Source of the DNA: Luteolibacter sp.
GTDB taxonomy: Bacteria; Verrucomicrobiota; Verrucomicrobiia; Verrucomicrobiales; Akkermansiaceae
Assembly (NCBI GenBank): GCA_044373865.1
Contig: JBILPN010000001.1
Span: 1-33,939, forward strand
Direction of reading: 5' to 3'
DNA: 33,939 nucleotides
The notes under the pieces: generated by a model
Seen by the model: the letters and a program-made list of their open reading frames with translations, nothing else
The model's database searches: none
What the model was told of the DNA's origin: nothing
Translations under genes and position numbers: made by a program
Part shown: positions 32,583 to 33,939 of the stretch, one piece after another
Layout: the number at the start of each line of letters is the position of its first letter
Position numbering within the stretch: position 1 is the stretch's first letter

Positions 32583-33581
32583 ATGTCGCCCGATTCCCAG
32601 CAGGACTTTGCGCTCGCGTTCCTGAGCATCCTTTTCGAAGGGGCTCCGTTTATTTTTCTGGGGACTTTGATCAGCGGCTTCATCGACGTTTACCTGCCGG
32701 CCGGGACGATGGATCGGTTCCTGCCGAAAAACCGCTATCGGGCGGTGATGATGGCGGGTTTGCTGGGCGCGGTGTTTCCGGTGTGCGAGTGCGCGGTGGT
32801 GCCGGTGATCCGGCGCTTGGTGAAAAAGGGGCTGCCGGTTTCCTGCGCGCTGACCTACATGCTGGCGGCGCCGATCGTGAACCCGATCACCGCGCTGAGC
32901 ACCTGGAAGGCGTTTCAGGGACAGGGCGCGGCGATGATGACGAGCTCGCGCATGATGCTCGGTTTCCTGATCGCGGTGGCGGTGGGATTCATCGTTCTGA
33001 AACTGCCTCTGGCCAAGGTGCTGAAGGCGAAGCTGGTGGACAGCATTGAAAAGGATGAGGCGGAAAAGGCCGATGCGCACTCACACGCGGCGCACGACCA
33101 TGAGCATGGCGACTGCTGCGGCCACGACGCTCATCACCCTCACGAACACACGCCGGATGGCGCGCAGAAGATGGTGGCGGCGTTCCGTTCCGCGATGAAG
33201 GACTTCGTCGAGGTGGGGGTTTATTTCTCGATCGGCGTGGCGATCACGGCGTTGTTCAACACCGGGATCGCACCGGGGGCGGCGTGGCTGGACACGCTCG
33301 CGACCAACCCGGTGGCCGCGCCCGCGGCGTTGATGGCGCTGGCGTTTGTGCTGAGTTTGTGCAGCACCTCGGACGCGTTCATCGCGGCGACTTTGGACAA
33401 ATTCTCATGGGGCGCGAAGCTGGCGTTCCTCACCTTCGGGCCGATGATGGATGTGAAGCTGCTGTTTCTCTATCAGACGGTGCTCAACAAGCGCTTCATC
33501 CTCTGGCTGGCGATCGGGCTGTTCCTGTCCATCGGCGGCATCTCGATTTTCTGGCAGCAACTCATTTTCCAATCGAAATGA
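32583..33581 (+). CDS. DUF318/ArsP_1 (YcgR-like) permease with His-rich loop
   Basis: EGAPF, PVCECAVVP, LAAPIVNP, LCSTSDAF, FGPMMDVK motifs; HSHAAHDHEHGDCCGHDAHH loop; start reassigned to MSPDSQQDF. Confidence 0.92.
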   Translation: MSPDSQQDFALAFLSILFEGAPFIFLGTLISGFIDVYLPAGTMDRFLPKNRYRAVMMAGLLGAVFPVCECAVVPVIRRLVKKGLPVSCALTYMLAAPIVNPITALSTWKAFQGQGAAMMTSSRMMLGFLIAVAVGFIVLKLPLAKVLKAKLVDSIEKDEAEKADAHSHAAHDHEHGDCCGHDAHHPHEHTPDGAQKMVAAFRSAMKDFVEVGVYFSIGVAITALFNTGIAPGAAWLDTLATNPVAAPAALMALAFVLSLCSTSDAFIAATLDKFSWGAKLAFLTFGPMMDVKLLFLYQTVLNKRFILWLAIGLFLSIGGISIFWQQLIFQSK

Positions 33582-33939
33582 AACCGCGGACCCGGCGCAT
33601 CATTTACTCCTTGGCGGTGCTCATTTGGAGCGCGGTGCTGCTGTATTTCTACAGCAGCGGGCGGATCAACAAGTATCTGGTGACCGACTTCCGGCCGATC
33701 GCCTTCGTCGGCGGACTGGGGCTGGCGGTGCTCGGGTTGTTCAACCTGCTGACCGCCGGGCAGCAGGCGGACTGCGGCCACGACCACGGCGGCGATGAGG
33801 CACATGACCATGAAAGCAGCGACATGCATCCGCTCACCGCGTTCCTGCTGATGATCGTGCCGGTGCTGCTGTCGGTGGCATGGACCAAGGACGAATACTC
33901 CGTCGCGGCGCTCTCACGGAAAGGTCTCTACGACACGCC
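33578..33939 (+). CDS. TIGR03943/DUF1980 (YcgQ-like) membrane partner, partial
   Basis: Manual translation MKPRTRRIIYSLAVLIWSAVLLYFYSSGRINKYL...CGHDH...; ATGA-coupled to permease; runs off edge. Confidence 0.85.
   Translation, partial: MKPRTRRIIYSLAVLIWSAVLLYFYSSGRINKYLVTDFRPIAFVGGLGLAVLGLFNLLTAGQQADCGHDHGGDEAHDHESSDMHPLTAFLLMIVPVLLSVAWTKDEYSVAALSRKGLYDT

Noticed and set aside
1-33939. tRNA, rRNA or tyrosine/serine integrase with att sites
   Set aside because: None recognisable by eye; integration is explained by the DDE-fold transposase

Overview
Most of the window (~591-31976, ~31.4 kb) is one apparently near-complete Mu-like transposable prophage in a high-GC bacterial chromosome. Non-Shine-Dalgarno C/A-rich leaders and the flanking genes suggest a Verrucomicrobiota/PVC host, but that is inference. 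The layout is divergent (B3/BcepMu-like rather than Mu-like). A central repressor/Cro switch (~21.9-22.7 kb) separates a rightward early operon (small HTH genes, an acyl carrier protein, DUF3102-like protein, MuA-like transposase, MuB-like ATPase, accessory genes, gp16/GemA-like gene) from a leftward late operon (HTH activator candidate, holin-lipoprotein, M15 endolysin, gp25-27, TerL, portal, protease/scaffold, decoration protein, capsid, head-tail and non-contractile tail genes, beta-helix depolymerase, short tape measure). Inverted transposase-binding-like repeats mark both ends. The right end terminates in CA and truncates a host secreted-protein gene. The left end has no TG and no target duplication, and it does not continue that gene. 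Host flanks are a secreted papain-like (C1) fragment on the left and a DUF318 permease/TIGR03943 pair on the right. The main oddities are the phage-encoded ACP next to the transposition genes, signal-peptide-bearing virion proteins, a holin-lipobox fusion, a D-E-E transposase, a shared A-[A/L]-N maturation motif, a repressor probably starting at CTG inside its own phased operator array, and extreme C>>G skew in the early operon. All product calls come from motif recognition and synteny; no database searches were run.
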